A stretch of DNA of 32,000 nucleotides from Gemmata obscuriglobus (GCF_008065095.1 NZ_CP042911.1:5310001-5342000); one strand, 5' to 3'. Shown: positions 1-9,823, counted from the first letter of the stretch. Notes: generated by a model not told the origin, from the letters alone. Numbers and translations: made by a program.

Positions 1-480
1 CTTGAACCGGTGGTGCCGCTCGATGATCTCCGCGTCGAACCCCTTACCCTTGAGCGCCTCGGAGGTGAGCCGGACCAACTTGAACAGCAGGTTCACAACC
101 AGGCTCATGTTGGGCGCGTACAGTACGGCGGTCATATGCGCCGCGGCCTCGATCTCCGCCTTTTGCGCGTCGGTGTGGCCGGTGGTGGCGACCACGATCG
201 GGATCTGCCGGTCCACGCACACCGGCAGCACGGCCATGGTGCCCGAGGGCGCGGAGAAGTCGATCAGCGTATCGACGCGGGTGCCGAGGGGCAGGTCGTA
301 GCGGATCGGCACGCCGTTCGGACCGATGCCCGCCACTTCGCCGGAGTCTTTACCTTGCGCCGGATTCGTGGCGGCGTCCACGGCCGCGACCAGCACCAGG
401 TCCGGGTCCTCTTTGGCCAGCGCCACCAGCCGCTGCCCCATCCGCCCGCACGCCCCGTTAACCGCGATATGAACTTTCAT
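1..480 (-). CDS. dapB: 4-hydroxy-tetrahydrodipicolinate reductase (partial; 3' end lies beyond window start)
   Basis: Absent from the supplied ORF track because it runs off the window. My minus-strand translation starts at the ATG at 480-478 and stays in frame to base 1: MKVHIAVNGACGRMGQRLVALAKEDPDLVLVAAVD...IVVATTGHTDAQKAEIEAAAHMTAVLYAPNMSLVVNLLFKL...AEIIERHHRFK. The N-terminal GxxGxxG Rossmann motif and the E-x-HH-x-x-K motif are DapB hallmarks. Confidence 0.85.
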   Translation of the reverse strand, partial: MKVHIAVNGACGRMGQRLVALAKEDPDLVLVAAVDAATNPAQGKDSGEVAGIGPNGVPIRYDLPLGTRVDTLIDFSAPSGTMAVLPVCVDRQIPIVVATTGHTDAQKAEIEAAAHMTAVLYAPNMSLVVNLLFKLVRLTSEALKGKGFDAEIIERHHRFK

Positions 481-536
481 GTGTGCCTCGGCGATCTGTC
501 GTCGTTCCGTGTCGGTTCGCTTTCCAACATATCGGC

Positions 537-1217
537 TCACGGGCCGTGGGGCACGCTGCCGTCGTAGGACACGCTGTTCGCCCGGCCGAGGTGGCGCACC
601 GGGGCGTGCCGGGCGGCCCGCTGAGCGGCGTCCGCGGCCCAACCGGTAAAGTGATCGGTAGCGCTGCGACAGGCCGGAAGATCGTCGTGCTCGAAAACGA
701 GCACGCTCCCGCCGACCGCGCTCAATTTCTTGCCCCCCACGTCGGGGTTGATCGCGTAGCCGATCTGGAACGCGCCGCCCCGCGTCGGGCTGTCGGCACC
801 GGCGTCGACCGCGTCGGGACAGCGGAACACGCGCACCGAGTTTTCAACGAACGGCGTCACGGCCCCGGCGGGCGTGTACCCCGGCAGCGCGCTGGTAACC
901 GTGGCCCCGGGGCGGTTGTCGTAGGGGCACCACCAGGTTTCGTTCGGCCCGGTGAAGGTGTTCGCCGGGTCGCACGCGCGGCACAGCGGGTCTTTGCCGC
1001 CCTGCCACGGGGCGGGACAGGCGCGTGCGAACGGCAGCGTCTTGTGGGCGTCGTGGTACATGTGGAGGCCGAGGCCGATCTGCCGCAAGTTGTTCTTACA
1101 GACGGCGCCGTTGGCGGCGGCCCGGCCCCGTTGCACGGCGGGCAACAGCAGAGCGAAGAGCACCCCGAGGATCGTGAGCACGACAAGGGTTTCGAGGAGC
1201 GATAATCCGCGCCGCAT
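537..1217 (-). CDS. prepilin-type N-terminal cleavage/methylation domain protein, DUF1559 / H-X9-DG family
   Basis: Track ORF 537..1298(-). The likely start is the internal ATG at 1217 (MRRG|[25 protein letters not shown]), a class III signal with Gly at -1 and Glu at +5. It is followed by [16 protein letters not shown]. The C-terminal [12 protein letters not shown] fits H-X9-DG. Confidence 0.8.
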   Translation of the reverse strand: MRRGLSLLETLVVLTILGVLFALLLPAVQRGRAAANGAVCKNNLRQIGLGLHMYHDAHKTLPFARACPAPWQGGKDPLCRACDPANTFTGPNETWWCPYDNRPGATVTSALPGYTPAGAVTPFVENSVRVFRCPDAVDAGADSPTRGGAFQIGYAINPDVGGKKLSAVGGSVLVFEHDDLPACRSATDHFTGWAADAAQRAARHAPVRHLGRANSVSYDGSVPHGP

Positions 1218-1269
1218 GACGCCTCCGGAACGCCACCCGACCGGGCACCGCGCGGGCGGACCGGAGCGG

Positions 1270-2664
1270 TCAGCACTGGGACTGGATGGCCGCCACAATG
1301 GCCCCCAGGTCGTTCGGCACCTGGACGGCCCGGTTTGCGAACGACACCGATTTCACGCCCCGCTTGCCGAGCTTCGCCTCAAACGTGGCGGGGTCGGCAC
1401 TGTGGTACGCGACAGTCTCGTCCGAGTCCTTCAGGACGTGGCCGGTCAGGATACAGACGACGCTCGCGTCGCGTTCGATCACGCCTTCGGCGACGAGGTG
1501 ACGGAGGCCGGCGACGCTCGCACCGCTCGCGGGCTCGCACCCGAGGCCGCCGGCCCCGACCTTCGCTTTCGCGTCCAAGATCTGCGCGTCGGGGACCGCC
1601 CGCACGACGCCGTTGCAGCAATCCAGAGCCCGGAGCGCCTTCGGCAGGTTCACCGGACGGTTGATCTCGATCGCGCTGGCGAGCGTGTCGGGCTTCCGGT
1701 TCGTCGCATCGAGTTCACCGTAATACCCGCTAACGCCGGCCGCATCGAACGCCCCGCCGTTCCAGCGCAGCCCGAGTCGCTCGTGGAGTTGGTAGGCGGT
1801 GTGGGCGCCCTCGGCGTTGATAACGGCGAGCCGTGGCAGGCGCGCGATCAGCCCCAGTTCGCGCAGCTCGAAGAACGCTTTTGCGAAGGCCGACACGTTC
1901 CCGAGGTTCCCGCCGGGGACGACCACCCAGTCCGGGACCTCCCACCGGAGCGCCTCCAGCACCCGGAACATGATCGTCTTCTGCCCCTCGAGCCGGAACG
2001 GGTTGACGCTGTTGACCAGATAAATGCCGAGCTGCCGGCTCACCTCTTGTACCCGGCGCAGCGCGTCGTCGAAGTCGCCCTGGATCTGGACCGTGAGCGC
2101 GCCGTGTTCGAGCGCCTGCGACAGCTTCCCGTAACTGATCTTCCCGCTGCCGATGAAAATGATGCCGCGCATCAGTTGCGTGGCGGCGCAGTAGGCGGCC
2201 AAGCTTGCCGACGTGTTCCCGGTACTGGCGCACGCGGCGCGGGTGGCACCGGTCATGCGAGCGTGGGTGAACGCGGCGCTCATCCCGTTGTCTTTAAAAC
2301 TGCCGGACGGGTTCATGCCCTCGTACTGGAGGAACAGCCGGCCGGGGCTCATCCCGCAGTACGCGGCCACCGCGTCGGCGCGCTGGCACAGCGTCTGACC
2401 TTCGCCGATGGTGACAATTTTGTCGTCCGGGGCGAACGGGAGCAGTTCACGGAACCGCCACACGCCCGAAAAGTCGAGCGGGTTGGAGCGGCTGGCCCAT
2501 TTACTCTCGAAGTGCTTCAGGCTCGACGGAACCGGGAGCCGGTTCCAGTCGTAAGCGACATCAAGGAGGCCCCCGCAACGCGGGCAGCGGAACGCGGTGT
2601 CGGCCCAGTCGGCGGTGCCGCCGCACGCCGGGTTGATGCAGCGCTGGAAGAGGAGATCTGCCAT
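1270..2664 (-). CDS. thrC: threonine synthase with N-terminal Cys4 zinc-ribbon
   Basis: Track ORF 1270..2790(-). The probable start is the ATG at 2664 ([16 protein letters not shown]...RCPRCGG). It carries the PLP-lysine motif SFKDNGMS and the [10 protein letters not shown] and VVPGGNLGN motifs typical of ThrC. Confidence 0.9.
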   Translation of the reverse strand: MADLLFQRCINPACGGTADWADTAFRCPRCGGLLDVAYDWNRLPVPSSLKHFESKWASRSNPLDFSGVWRFRELLPFAPDDKIVTIGEGQTLCQRADAVAAYCGMSPGRLFLQYEGMNPSGSFKDNGMSAAFTHARMTGATRAACASTGNTSASLAAYCAATQLMRGIIFIGSGKISYGKLSQALEHGALTVQIQGDFDDALRRVQEVSRQLGIYLVNSVNPFRLEGQKTIMFRVLEALRWEVPDWVVVPGGNLGNVSAFAKAFFELRELGLIARLPRLAVINAEGAHTAYQLHERLGLRWNGGAFDAAGVSGYYGELDATNRKPDTLASAIEINRPVNLPKALRALDCCNGVVRAVPDAQILDAKAKVGAGGLGCEPASGASVAGLRHLVAEGVIERDASVVCILTGHVLKDSDETVAYHSADPATFEAKLGKRGVKSVSFANRAVQVPNDLGAIVAAIQSQC

Positions 2665-2778
2665 GCAGTCTGTTTTAGCAGGTCCCCACCCCCTCACGGG
2701 ATCCGCCGCGCGGTTTTCCGGAGCTTCACGCGGGCGGGCCGCGTGGTATAAGTGGTATGCCCCCACCCGGAGCGAGCC

Positions 2779-3168
2779 ATGCCCGCGCACCTGCTCTCAC
2801 TCGCCGACGGCCCGAGCATCCTGATGGACAAACCGATCCTGCTGTTCGGCCGGCACGAGGAGTGCGACGTGCAACTCAACTCCAAGAAGGTGTCGCGGCG
2901 CCACTGCGTGCTCGCGCAGGTGAACGACTACCTCGTGATCCGCGACCTGGGGAGCACCAACGGGGTGCGTATCAACGGCGAGCGTGTGGCAGAAGGGAAG
3001 TTGAAACCCGGCGACGAGTTACAAATCGGCAACTTCAAATACCAGGTGTGTGGCGACATGCTCGGCCAATCCGATGAGCACCCGAAAGTGGAGAGCTACA
3101 AGAACATCGCCCCAGCGGAAGGCCCGGCCGGCGACGACAAAAGTACCGGCGAAGACGAGCCGGTGTGA
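2779..3168 (+). CDS. FHA domain-containing protein
   Basis: ATG at 2779 with GGAG 6 nt upstream. [51 protein letters not shown] matches the FHA core pattern (G-R ... S-x-x-H ... D-L-x-S-x-N-G). The tail is acidic. Confidence 0.8.
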   Translation: MPAHLLSLADGPSILMDKPILLFGRHEECDVQLNSKKVSRRHCVLAQVNDYLVIRDLGSTNGVRINGERVAEGKLKPGDELQIGNFKYQVCGDMLGQSDEHPKVESYKNIAPAEGPAGDDKSTGEDEPV

Positions 3169-3218
3169 GCCGGCACGGAGCGAGAGGAATTCTAAAACGG
3201 CGTCGCCGCTATCAACCG

Positions 3219-3259
3219 AACGACGCGAGCACGGCTTCACGCCCGTACTCGCGTCGTTT
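3219..3259. terminator. hairpin between convergent FHA and Pro-rich genes
   Basis: AACGACGCGAG (3219-3229) pairs perfectly with CTCGCGTCGTT (3248-3258), an 11-bp stem with an 18-nt loop. It lies in the 95-bp gap between two convergent stops. There is no strong U-tract. Confidence 0.4.
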
Positions 3260-3263
3260 GCGA

Positions 3264-4406
3264 TTACGGCCGGAACACCACGTCCAACCCGCTCGCATCG
3301 GTCGGGACCGTTTCCTTGGTGACCGGTTGGTCGCTGTGCTTCCAGGTGAACGTTCGCGGCAATTGGGCGTGCAGGTACGTCTTCGCCGGGAGCTTCACCG
3401 CCTGCCCTTCGATGGTCAGCGCGAGGTCACGATCGGTGTGGTTGTAGAACCCGACCTTGCGCAACCCGTTCGCCCCAGCGGTCCCGGTCGCGGGGAACAC
3501 GCTCACCTTCAAGGCACCGCTCAGCGGGCTCGATTTCACCTGGGTGGGCTTGGTGTCGGGCGAGATCGGCGTGTCCGGCGGGAGCGTGAGCGGGGGCAGC
3601 GCATCGGGGTTGCGCGGCACGCTCACGCCGGGCGGCGGGATCAGCGCGTCCGGGGCCGGAGCGGGCACCGGAACCGCCGCCGCCCCCGGCACGTCCGGCA
3701 ACTTGATGGGCGAGTCCCCTTTCGGAAGCTCCAGGGCCGGAAGCTTCGCTCCGCCCTCCTTCGGCAGTTCCAGGGTCGGGAGCTTCGGCTCGGGCTCTTT
3801 CGGCAGTTCAATCACAGGCGGTTTCGTGCCGCCGTCCTTCGGAAGTTCCAGAACGGGCAACTTCGGTTCCGTCTTCTCCCCCGGGAGAACCAGCGGTGGT
3901 AGTTTCGGCTCCGACGCCGGCGTCTTCGTGTCCGGCAGCGGTGGGAACTCGATCTTCGCCCCCCCCTTTGGCTCGAGAGCAGGCGGCTTCGGCGCCCCCC
4001 ATTCGGTCTTCTTGTCGAGGTCCGACCGCGGGACCAGCGGCGGCGCGGGTTCGGCGCCCGTCGGCTTCGTGGGTTCGGTGTTCGCGGCTGGGCGCACCGG
4101 CTCGATCAGCGGCGGGCGAGTGGGCGCAGCCGCCTTCGGCGCATCGCCGGGCGTGACCGGCTTCGATCGCTCCACTTTGGGCGGCTGAAGGCCCGGTGAC
4201 GAGGACGGTGCCACGGTAACAGGCGCGCACGGCTGCACGTACACCGGCTGGCAGTAAACGGGCGGCGCGTAGTAGACCGGCGCTGGCTGGTAATACACGT
4301 ACGCGGGCGCATAATAGGAGCCACCGGCGGGCGGCCAGCACGCTGATACCCAATCGGGCACCAGCACCAGCGCAAAGAAGACGGTCACGCACAGTTGACG
4401 CTTCAT
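3264..4406 (-). CDS. secreted proline-rich repeat protein (hypothetical)
   Basis: Track ORF 3264..4445(-). The likely start is the ATG at 4406 (MKRQLCVTVFFALVLVPDWVSAC, a signal peptide). A Tyr/Pro-rich block (YYAPAYVYYQPAPVYYAPPVYCQPVYVQP) is followed by repeats of type KLPxLELPK(D/E)GG(T/A)K and a C-terminal non-repetitive domain of about 90 aa. GC3 is high in this frame. Confidence 0.65.
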   Translation of the reverse strand: MKRQLCVTVFFALVLVPDWVSACWPPAGGSYYAPAYVYYQPAPVYYAPPVYCQPVYVQPCAPVTVAPSSSPGLQPPKVERSKPVTPGDAPKAAAPTRPPLIEPVRPAANTEPTKPTGAEPAPPLVPRSDLDKKTEWGAPKPPALEPKGGAKIEFPPLPDTKTPASEPKLPPLVLPGEKTEPKLPVLELPKDGGTKPPVIELPKEPEPKLPTLELPKEGGAKLPALELPKGDSPIKLPDVPGAAAVPVPAPAPDALIPPPGVSVPRNPDALPPLTLPPDTPISPDTKPTQVKSSPLSGALKVSVFPATGTAGANGLRKVGFYNHTDRDLALTIEGQAVKLPAKTYLHAQLPRTFTWKHSDQPVTKETVPTDASGLDVVFRP

Positions 4407-4498
4407 GGTGGAGTCCTTTCCGGTGGCGATCCTCGCGTACCACAAGTTGTAACTTTTTCACTGACCGCGATTCAACCCGACTTCTCGAAGGGGCCAAA

Positions 4499-5923
4499 AT
4501 GGTGCGGGTCGTCACGACGCTCACGGCGGCCATTGCTCTCGCGACGCCCGTCGCGGCTCAACCCGAGCCGAACGCGTTACTCGCCCAGCGATACGAACTC
4601 GGCCAGCGGGTGAAACGGTTCGAGCGGGAATGGGAGAAGCGGGACGGCACCGCGGCCCGTGCCCGGGCGCTCGGGCACCTGTCGAAGCTCACCCAGCAGT
4701 TCTTCGCGATCCAGTTCGGCGAAGCCGGGCGTTCGCTCGACCTCGCGACCTTCGCCCTGACGACCGACGACGAGCCCTCAAACGCGCAACTGTGGGCGTG
4801 GAGCCTGTACGCCGTTCCGGAATCGCGCGTACTCGACGGAACGGCGAAAGAGCTGACCGTAACGATCGCCCCGCTGTACGCGCTGAAGGGCGAGCGGCCC
4901 AAGAACCTGGAAGTGCAGCTCTGGTTCACGGACAAGCAACTCGTAACCGCCAGGCCCGACAAGTTCCCGTACACGGTCAAGGTGCCGCTCCCCGCCCTGG
5001 GCGAGTTCGAGGGGTTGGATCGCAAGCTCTATTTCATGGTCGAAAGCGGTAAAGAGCTTCGCCGCTCCGCGGTCGGCGTTTCGCAGGTGGCGAGCGCGCC
5101 CCCGCGCCTCGCGGCGCTCAAGAAGGCCGCCGGCGCGTGGAAGTCGCTCGGTACCATCGAGCAAGCGACCGTGCGCGACCGCGCCGAGCAGCTCACGAGC
5201 GTCGCCAGCGGGGCGATGCCGGAGACGGACCTCCCGATCGCCGACCTGCTCAAGAACGCCGAAACCATGTTGAACGGGGAACCGTTCTTCACCCCCGCGA
5301 AGGCCGGCGAGTTCTGGCTGTCGGTCCCACTGGGGGAAAAGAAAGCGGCCCCCTGCCGTGTGTTCGTGCCGCGCGGGCTGACGCCGCACAAGCCCGTGCC
5401 GGTCGTGTTCGCGCTGCACGGGGCGGGCGGGTCCGAGAACCTGTTCTTCGAGGGGTACGGCGCCGGGCGCGTCGTCACCGAGTGCCGCGACCGGGGCTGG
5501 GTGCTGGTCGCCCCGCGCAGCGGAACGGCCTTCGCCGGCGCGCCGCCCGTTGCGAAGATTTTGGACCAGCTCGCAACGCGGTACCCACTGGACACGAAGC
5601 GTGTGTTCGTCGTCGGTCATTCAATGGGCGCCTCTCAAACGGTGGAACTGGTTCAGAAGCACCCGGGGCGGTTCGCCGCGGTCGCGGCCCTTGGCGGGGG
5701 CGGGACCGTGAAGGACGCCAAACCGTTCGCCGAACAGCCCACGTTCGTCGGCGTCGGTAACAACGATTTCGCGCTCCCGGCCGCGCGCGGGCTGCGCAAG
5801 GCGCTCACGGACGGCGGGGCGAAGCACGTGACGTACAAGGAGTACGCGGGTGTCGAGCACATGGTGATTGTCCGCGCGGCGCTCCCGGACGTGTTCGCGC
5901 TGTTCGACGAGCGCGCGAAGTAG
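4499..5923 (+). CDS. secreted alpha/beta-hydrolase (esterase type) with N-terminal domain of unknown function
   Basis: Signal peptide MVRVVTTLTAAIALATPVAAQ. The C-terminal third carries HGAGGSENLFF (oxyanion region), the nucleophile elbow VVGHSMGAS, and later NNDF and VEHM, which are candidate Asp/His triad residues. Confidence 0.75.
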   Translation: MVRVVTTLTAAIALATPVAAQPEPNALLAQRYELGQRVKRFEREWEKRDGTAARARALGHLSKLTQQFFAIQFGEAGRSLDLATFALTTDDEPSNAQLWAWSLYAVPESRVLDGTAKELTVTIAPLYALKGERPKNLEVQLWFTDKQLVTARPDKFPYTVKVPLPALGEFEGLDRKLYFMVESGKELRRSAVGVSQVASAPPRLAALKKAAGAWKSLGTIEQATVRDRAEQLTSVASGAMPETDLPIADLLKNAETMLNGEPFFTPAKAGEFWLSVPLGEKKAAPCRVFVPRGLTPHKPVPVVFALHGAGGSENLFFEGYGAGRVVTECRDRGWVLVAPRSGTAFAGAPPVAKILDQLATRYPLDTKRVFVVGHSMGASQTVELVQKHPGRFAAVAALGGGGTVKDAKPFAEQPTFVGVGNNDFALPAARGLRKALTDGGAKHVTYKEYAGVEHMVIVRAALPDVFALFDERAK

Positions 5924-6060
5924 TCGGCCCCCGCAATCCGATACGGTGACCGCACCGCCCCGGCCCCCGGTCGCGACCAGCGGCCCCGGCCGGTTCGCCG
6001 GCGCGGGCCGTCCGGCGGCGGTTGTGGCGGCCCGCTCTCACTTCCCGCATAATGGGCCGC

Positions 6061-9000
6061 ATGAACCCCATCGTCTTCGCTCTGCGGAACCCCGTCACCG
6101 TCATGGTCGGGGTGGTCGCGGTTCTCATCGGCAGCGCGCTCGCGGCCGTGCGCATGAACGCGGACGTGTTCCCGCCGCTCAACCAGCCGGTCATCTACAT
6201 CTGCCAGCCCTACGGCGGCATGTCGCCGGCCCAGATGGAAGGGCTGCTGACCAACTACTACGAGTTCCACTTCCTCTACGTGAACGGGGTGAAGCACCTC
6301 GAGAGCCGCAACATCTTCGGCATGGCCCTCATCAAGGTCCACTTCCACCCGGGCACCGACATGGCCCAGGCGACGGCCGAGGTGGTGGCCGCGGTCAACC
6401 GGGCGCGGTTCATGATGCCGCCCGGCACCGTGCCCCCGTTCGTGACCCGCACCGACACCGGGACCGCGCCCGTCGGGTACCTCGTCGTCTCGAGCGACAC
6501 AAAATCGATCAAGGACATCCAGGACATCGCCACGCTCCGCGTGCGCCCCCAGTTCGCGAGCGTGCCGGGGGTGTCGAGCCCGCCCGCGTTCGGCGGGAAC
6601 CAGCGGGCCGTCGTCGTGAACGTGAACCCCGACGCGGTCGCGAAGCAGGGCCTCACGCTGTGGCAGGTGACCGACGCCATCGCCGCCGGCAACCCGGTCA
6701 CCCCGTCGGGCACGCTCAAGGCCGGCGACCGCCAGGTGCTCGTCACGTCCAACGTGATGGCCGGCGGGAACCCCGTGCAGGAACTCGGCGCGGTCCCGGT
6801 CAAGCTCGGCGCGCACCCGGTGCTGCTGCGGGACGTGGCCACGCTCGAAGACGCCTCCGACCTCACGTCGGGGTACGCGCTCGTGAACGGCCGGCGGTCG
6901 GTGTACATGCTCATCACCAAGCGGGCCGACGCCTCGACCGTAGCGGTCGTGGACGAGCTGAAGGCGGCACTCCCGCGGATGCGCGAGTCGGTGCCCGAGG
7001 ACGTGGGCATCGAGTTCGCCTTCGACCAGTCGCCGATCGTCGTGGAGTCCATGTGGGGGGTCGGTACGGAGGGGCTGATCGGCGCCGCCCTGACGGGCCT
7101 CATGGTGCTCCTCTTCCTCCGCGACTGGCGCTCGGTAGTGGTGGTGGTGCTCAACATCCCCATCGCGCTGTGTGCCGCCGGGTTCGCCCTGTGGGCCAGC
7201 GGGCAGTCGCTGAACCTCATGACGCTCGGCGGGCTGGCGCTGGCGGTCGGCATCCTCGTCGACGAGGCGACGGTAGAGGTGGAGAACATCCACACGCAAC
7301 TGCTCCGGTACGACAGCGTGGCCCGCGCAGTGCGCCAGGGGAACCTCGAAACGGCCGTGCCGCGGCTGCTGGCCATGCTGTGCATCCTCGCCGTGTTCAT
7401 CCCGTCGTTCTTCATGGAAGGGGCGGCCCGGGAACTGTTCGTTCCGCTGTCGCTGGCGGTCGGGTACGCCATGATCGCGTCGTACCTCCTGTCGAGCACG
7501 TTCGTGCCCGTCATGTCGGTGTGGCTGCTGAAGCACACGCCGGCGCACACGGAAGCCAAGGGCGGGCTGTTCGCCCGGGTGCTCGACGGCTACGAAGCGG
7601 TCGTGGCCCGCCTCGTTCACCTCCGGTACGCCACCGTGCCGCTCTACCTGCTCGCGGCGCTGGCGCTGGTCGCCCTGCTCTACTTCAACCTCGGAACCGC
7701 GATCTTCCCGCCCACCGACAAGGGCCAGTTCCTGCTCCGGCTGAAGGCCCCCACCGGCACGCGCATCGAGCGCACGGAAGAGCTGGCCCAGGAAGCCACC
7801 CGGCTCATCAAGGAAGAGGTCGGCCCCGAGAACGTGGAGGCCACCGTCGGCTACGTCGGGATGTTCCCGACCAACTACCCGATCCAGGCGGTCCACCAGT
7901 GGACCAGCGGCCCCGGCGAGTGCCTGCTGAAGGTCGCACTGAAAGAGGGTGCGTCCGGGCAGTTGGAAGGGCAGAAAGAGCGGCTCCGAACGAAGCTCGA
8001 CGCCGGGCTGAAGGCGTGGCTCACAACGCGGTGGAAAGAGGACGGCCTCGCGCAAGCGGACATCGACACCCGACTGCCCGGGGTGCGGTTGTCGTTCGAG
8101 CCCGGCGACCTCGTGAGCGACGTGATGAGTTTCGGTTCGCCCACACCCGTGGAGGTGCAGGTGAGCGGCAGCAACATGGCGACCAACCTGACCTTCGCGG
8201 GCCGGTTGCGCGAGAAGCTGGCGGCGATCCCGGAGTTGCGCGACGTGCAACTGAACCCCGCCCAGGACTACCCGACCATCAACCTGAACATCGACCGCGC
8301 CCGGGCCGGCACGATGATGCTCACCGCCCGCGACATCGGGTTGTCGCTGATTCCGGCGACCGCGTCGAGCCGCTACATCCAGCCCATCTACTGGCGCGAC
8401 CCGGTGAACGGGCAGGCGTACATCGTCCAGGTCCAGATCCCGCCGCCGCAGATCGGCACCGCCGACGCGCTGGGCAGCACCCCCGTCGGCCGGCGCCACA
8501 CGGCCGACAACGCCAGCGATCACACCGGCACGAACGGCACGATCTACCTCCACGACGTGCTGGCCCCGAGCGGCGGGCTGACACACGTTACCAGCGCCGA
8601 AGAGGTCTACCGGTACAACATGCGCCGCGCCGCGAGCATCACCGCCAACGTGTCCACGCAAGACCTGGGCAGGGTGCGCAAGGTGGTTCAGCGGGCCATC
8701 GCGGAAGTCGGCGCCCCGCCGCGCGGGGTGCAAGTGGACATCCGCGGGCAGTTGAACACGCTCACCGTGGTGCAAACCAGCCTCGGCCGCGGGCTGCTGC
8801 TGGCGGTGCTGACGATCGCGCTTCTGCTCACCGCCTACTTCCAGTCGGTGAAGCTGGCGCTGGTCTCGGTGGCCGCGGTCCCCGCGACTCTGTGCGGAGT
8901 GGGGCTCACGCTGTGGGTCACGAACACGACGCTGAACCTCCAGTCCTTCATGGGCGCGATCATGGCGCTGGGCGTGTCCGTGGCCAACGCGATCCTGCTC

Positions 9001-9345
9001 GTCACGTTCGCCGAGCGGGCGCGAACGGCCCACGGCGGCGCGGTCCGCGCCGCGGTCGAGGGCGGGCGGGCGCGGCTGCGGCCGATCCTGATGACGAGCT
9101 GCGCGATGATCGCGGGGATGCTGCCAATGGCGATCGGTGCGGCCGCCGGCGGCGACCAGACCGCGCCGCTGGGTCGTGCGGTGGTCGGCGGCCTCACCGC
9201 ATCGACCCTCGCCACCCTGCTGTTGCTGCCGGCGGTGTTCGCGGTCGCGCAGCGGAAGGCCGGAGTCGTGGGCGCGTCGATGGACCCGGACGACCCGAAC
9301 AGCGGCCGGTACGACGAGAACAAGGTGCAACTGTTCGACGAGTGA
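6061..9345 (+). CDS. RND efflux transporter permease (AcrB/CzcA superfamily)
   Basis: Track ORF 6022..9345(+). The start is probably the ATG at 6061 (MNPIVFALRNPVTVMVGVVAVL) or at 6052. The product is about 1095 aa with the two-fold RND architecture: large loops alternating with hydrophobic blocks such as LIGAALTGLMVLLFLRDWRSVVVVVLNIPIAL and GLLLAVLTIALLLTAYFQSVKLALVSVAAVP. Confidence 0.9.
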   Translation: MNPIVFALRNPVTVMVGVVAVLIGSALAAVRMNADVFPPLNQPVIYICQPYGGMSPAQMEGLLTNYYEFHFLYVNGVKHLESRNIFGMALIKVHFHPGTDMAQATAEVVAAVNRARFMMPPGTVPPFVTRTDTGTAPVGYLVVSSDTKSIKDIQDIATLRVRPQFASVPGVSSPPAFGGNQRAVVVNVNPDAVAKQGLTLWQVTDAIAAGNPVTPSGTLKAGDRQVLVTSNVMAGGNPVQELGAVPVKLGAHPVLLRDVATLEDASDLTSGYALVNGRRSVYMLITKRADASTVAVVDELKAALPRMRESVPEDVGIEFAFDQSPIVVESMWGVGTEGLIGAALTGLMVLLFLRDWRSVVVVVLNIPIALCAAGFALWASGQSLNLMTLGGLALAVGILVDEATVEVENIHTQLLRYDSVARAVRQGNLETAVPRLLAMLCILAVFIPSFFMEGAARELFVPLSLAVGYAMIASYLLSSTFVPVMSVWLLKHTPAHTEAKGGLFARVLDGYEAVVARLVHLRYATVPLYLLAALALVALLYFNLGTAIFPPTDKGQFLLRLKAPTGTRIERTEELAQEATRLIKEEVGPENVEATVGYVGMFPTNYPIQAVHQWTSGPGECLLKVALKEGASGQLEGQKERLRTKLDAGLKAWLTTRWKEDGLAQADIDTRLPGVRLSFEPGDLVSDVMSFGSPTPVEVQVSGSNMATNLTFAGRLREKLAAIPELRDVQLNPAQDYPTINLNIDRARAGTMMLTARDIGLSLIPATASSRYIQPIYWRDPVNGQAYIVQVQIPPPQIGTADALGSTPVGRRHTADNASDHTGTNGTIYLHDVLAPSGGLTHVTSAEEVYRYNMRRAASITANVSTQDLGRVRKVVQRAIAEVGAPPRGVQVDIRGQLNTLTVVQTSLGRGLLLAVLTIALLLTAYFQSVKLALVSVAAVPATLCGVGLTLWVTNTTLNLQSFMGAIMALGVSVANAILLVTFAERARTAHGGAVRAAVEGGRARLRPILMTSCAMIAGMLPMAIGAAAGGDQTAPLGRAVVGGLTASTLATLLLLPAVFAVAQRKAGVVGASMDPDDPNSGRYDENKVQLFDE

Positions 9346-9656
9346 TCGCCGCACTTCTGGCCACTCGCACGCCCTTGGTGCGAGCAGCCGACACCCGTTC
9401 GGGTCCGAACGGGTATCGCGATGCGCCGGATCGCAATTGCCGCAATCGCTTTCACAACAAGACGTTACATCACTTTCGCCGATCTGCATTGGAGCCACCC
9501 TCCGTTCGTTTGAAAGCGTTATTCGGGTTTTGCAGGCCGGACTCGGTGGTAGCAGCACGCCCGCGGATGGGTAGCGAATCGGTAGCCGCAAGCCCGCGAA
9601 CGTCCCGCCTTGCCCCCAGTCGGATGCCGCTGCTACGCCAACACTGCCCCGCCACT

Positions 9657-9712
9657 CGCCGTCGCGCGTGTGGGTGTAACCCCCGTTACACCCACACGGG
9701 CGACGGTGTTTT
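9657..9712 (+). terminator. strong hairpin plus T-tract (intrinsic-terminator-like), about 310 nt downstream of the RND stop
   Basis: Inner stem GTGTGGGTGTAAC (9668-9680) pairs perfectly with GTTACACCCACAC (9685-9697) around loop CCCC. The outer stem CGCCGTCGC / GCGACGGTG adds about 9 more pairs. It is followed by TTTT (9709-9712). Confidence 0.5.
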
Positions 9713-9823
9713 CCCTGGGACCGCGGACGTCCCGTCCGCTGCTCCGAGTGTGAGAACGCTTGGCGGACAGCCGCAACTCGACACTCGGCGCCAACCAGCG
9801 GACGGGACGTCCGCGGTCCCTGG
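9713..9823. repeat. 111-nt long hairpin / MITE-like palindromic element
   Basis: GGGACCGCGGACGTCCCGTCCGCTG (9717-9741) is the exact reverse complement of CAGCGGACGGGACGTCCGCGGTCCC (9796-9820), giving 25/25 pairs. An inner 8-bp stem joins CCGAGTGT (9744-9751) with ACACTCGG (9781-9788). A partial third arm copy, CGCGAACGTCCCGCC, lies near 9592-9606. Confidence 0.6.

Noticed and set aside
952-2751. 599-aa plus-strand ORF antisense to thrC and the DUF1559 gene
   Set aside because: It has no motifs and is Arg/Pro-rich. The opposite strand encodes ThrC with its PLP-lysine motif.
3457-4188. 243-aa Gly/Ser-rich plus-strand ORF
   Set aside because: It is the mirror image of the Pro-rich minus-strand gene, because CCN codons read antisense as NGG. 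The minus frame has a signal peptide, is longer, and ends in a non-repetitive domain.
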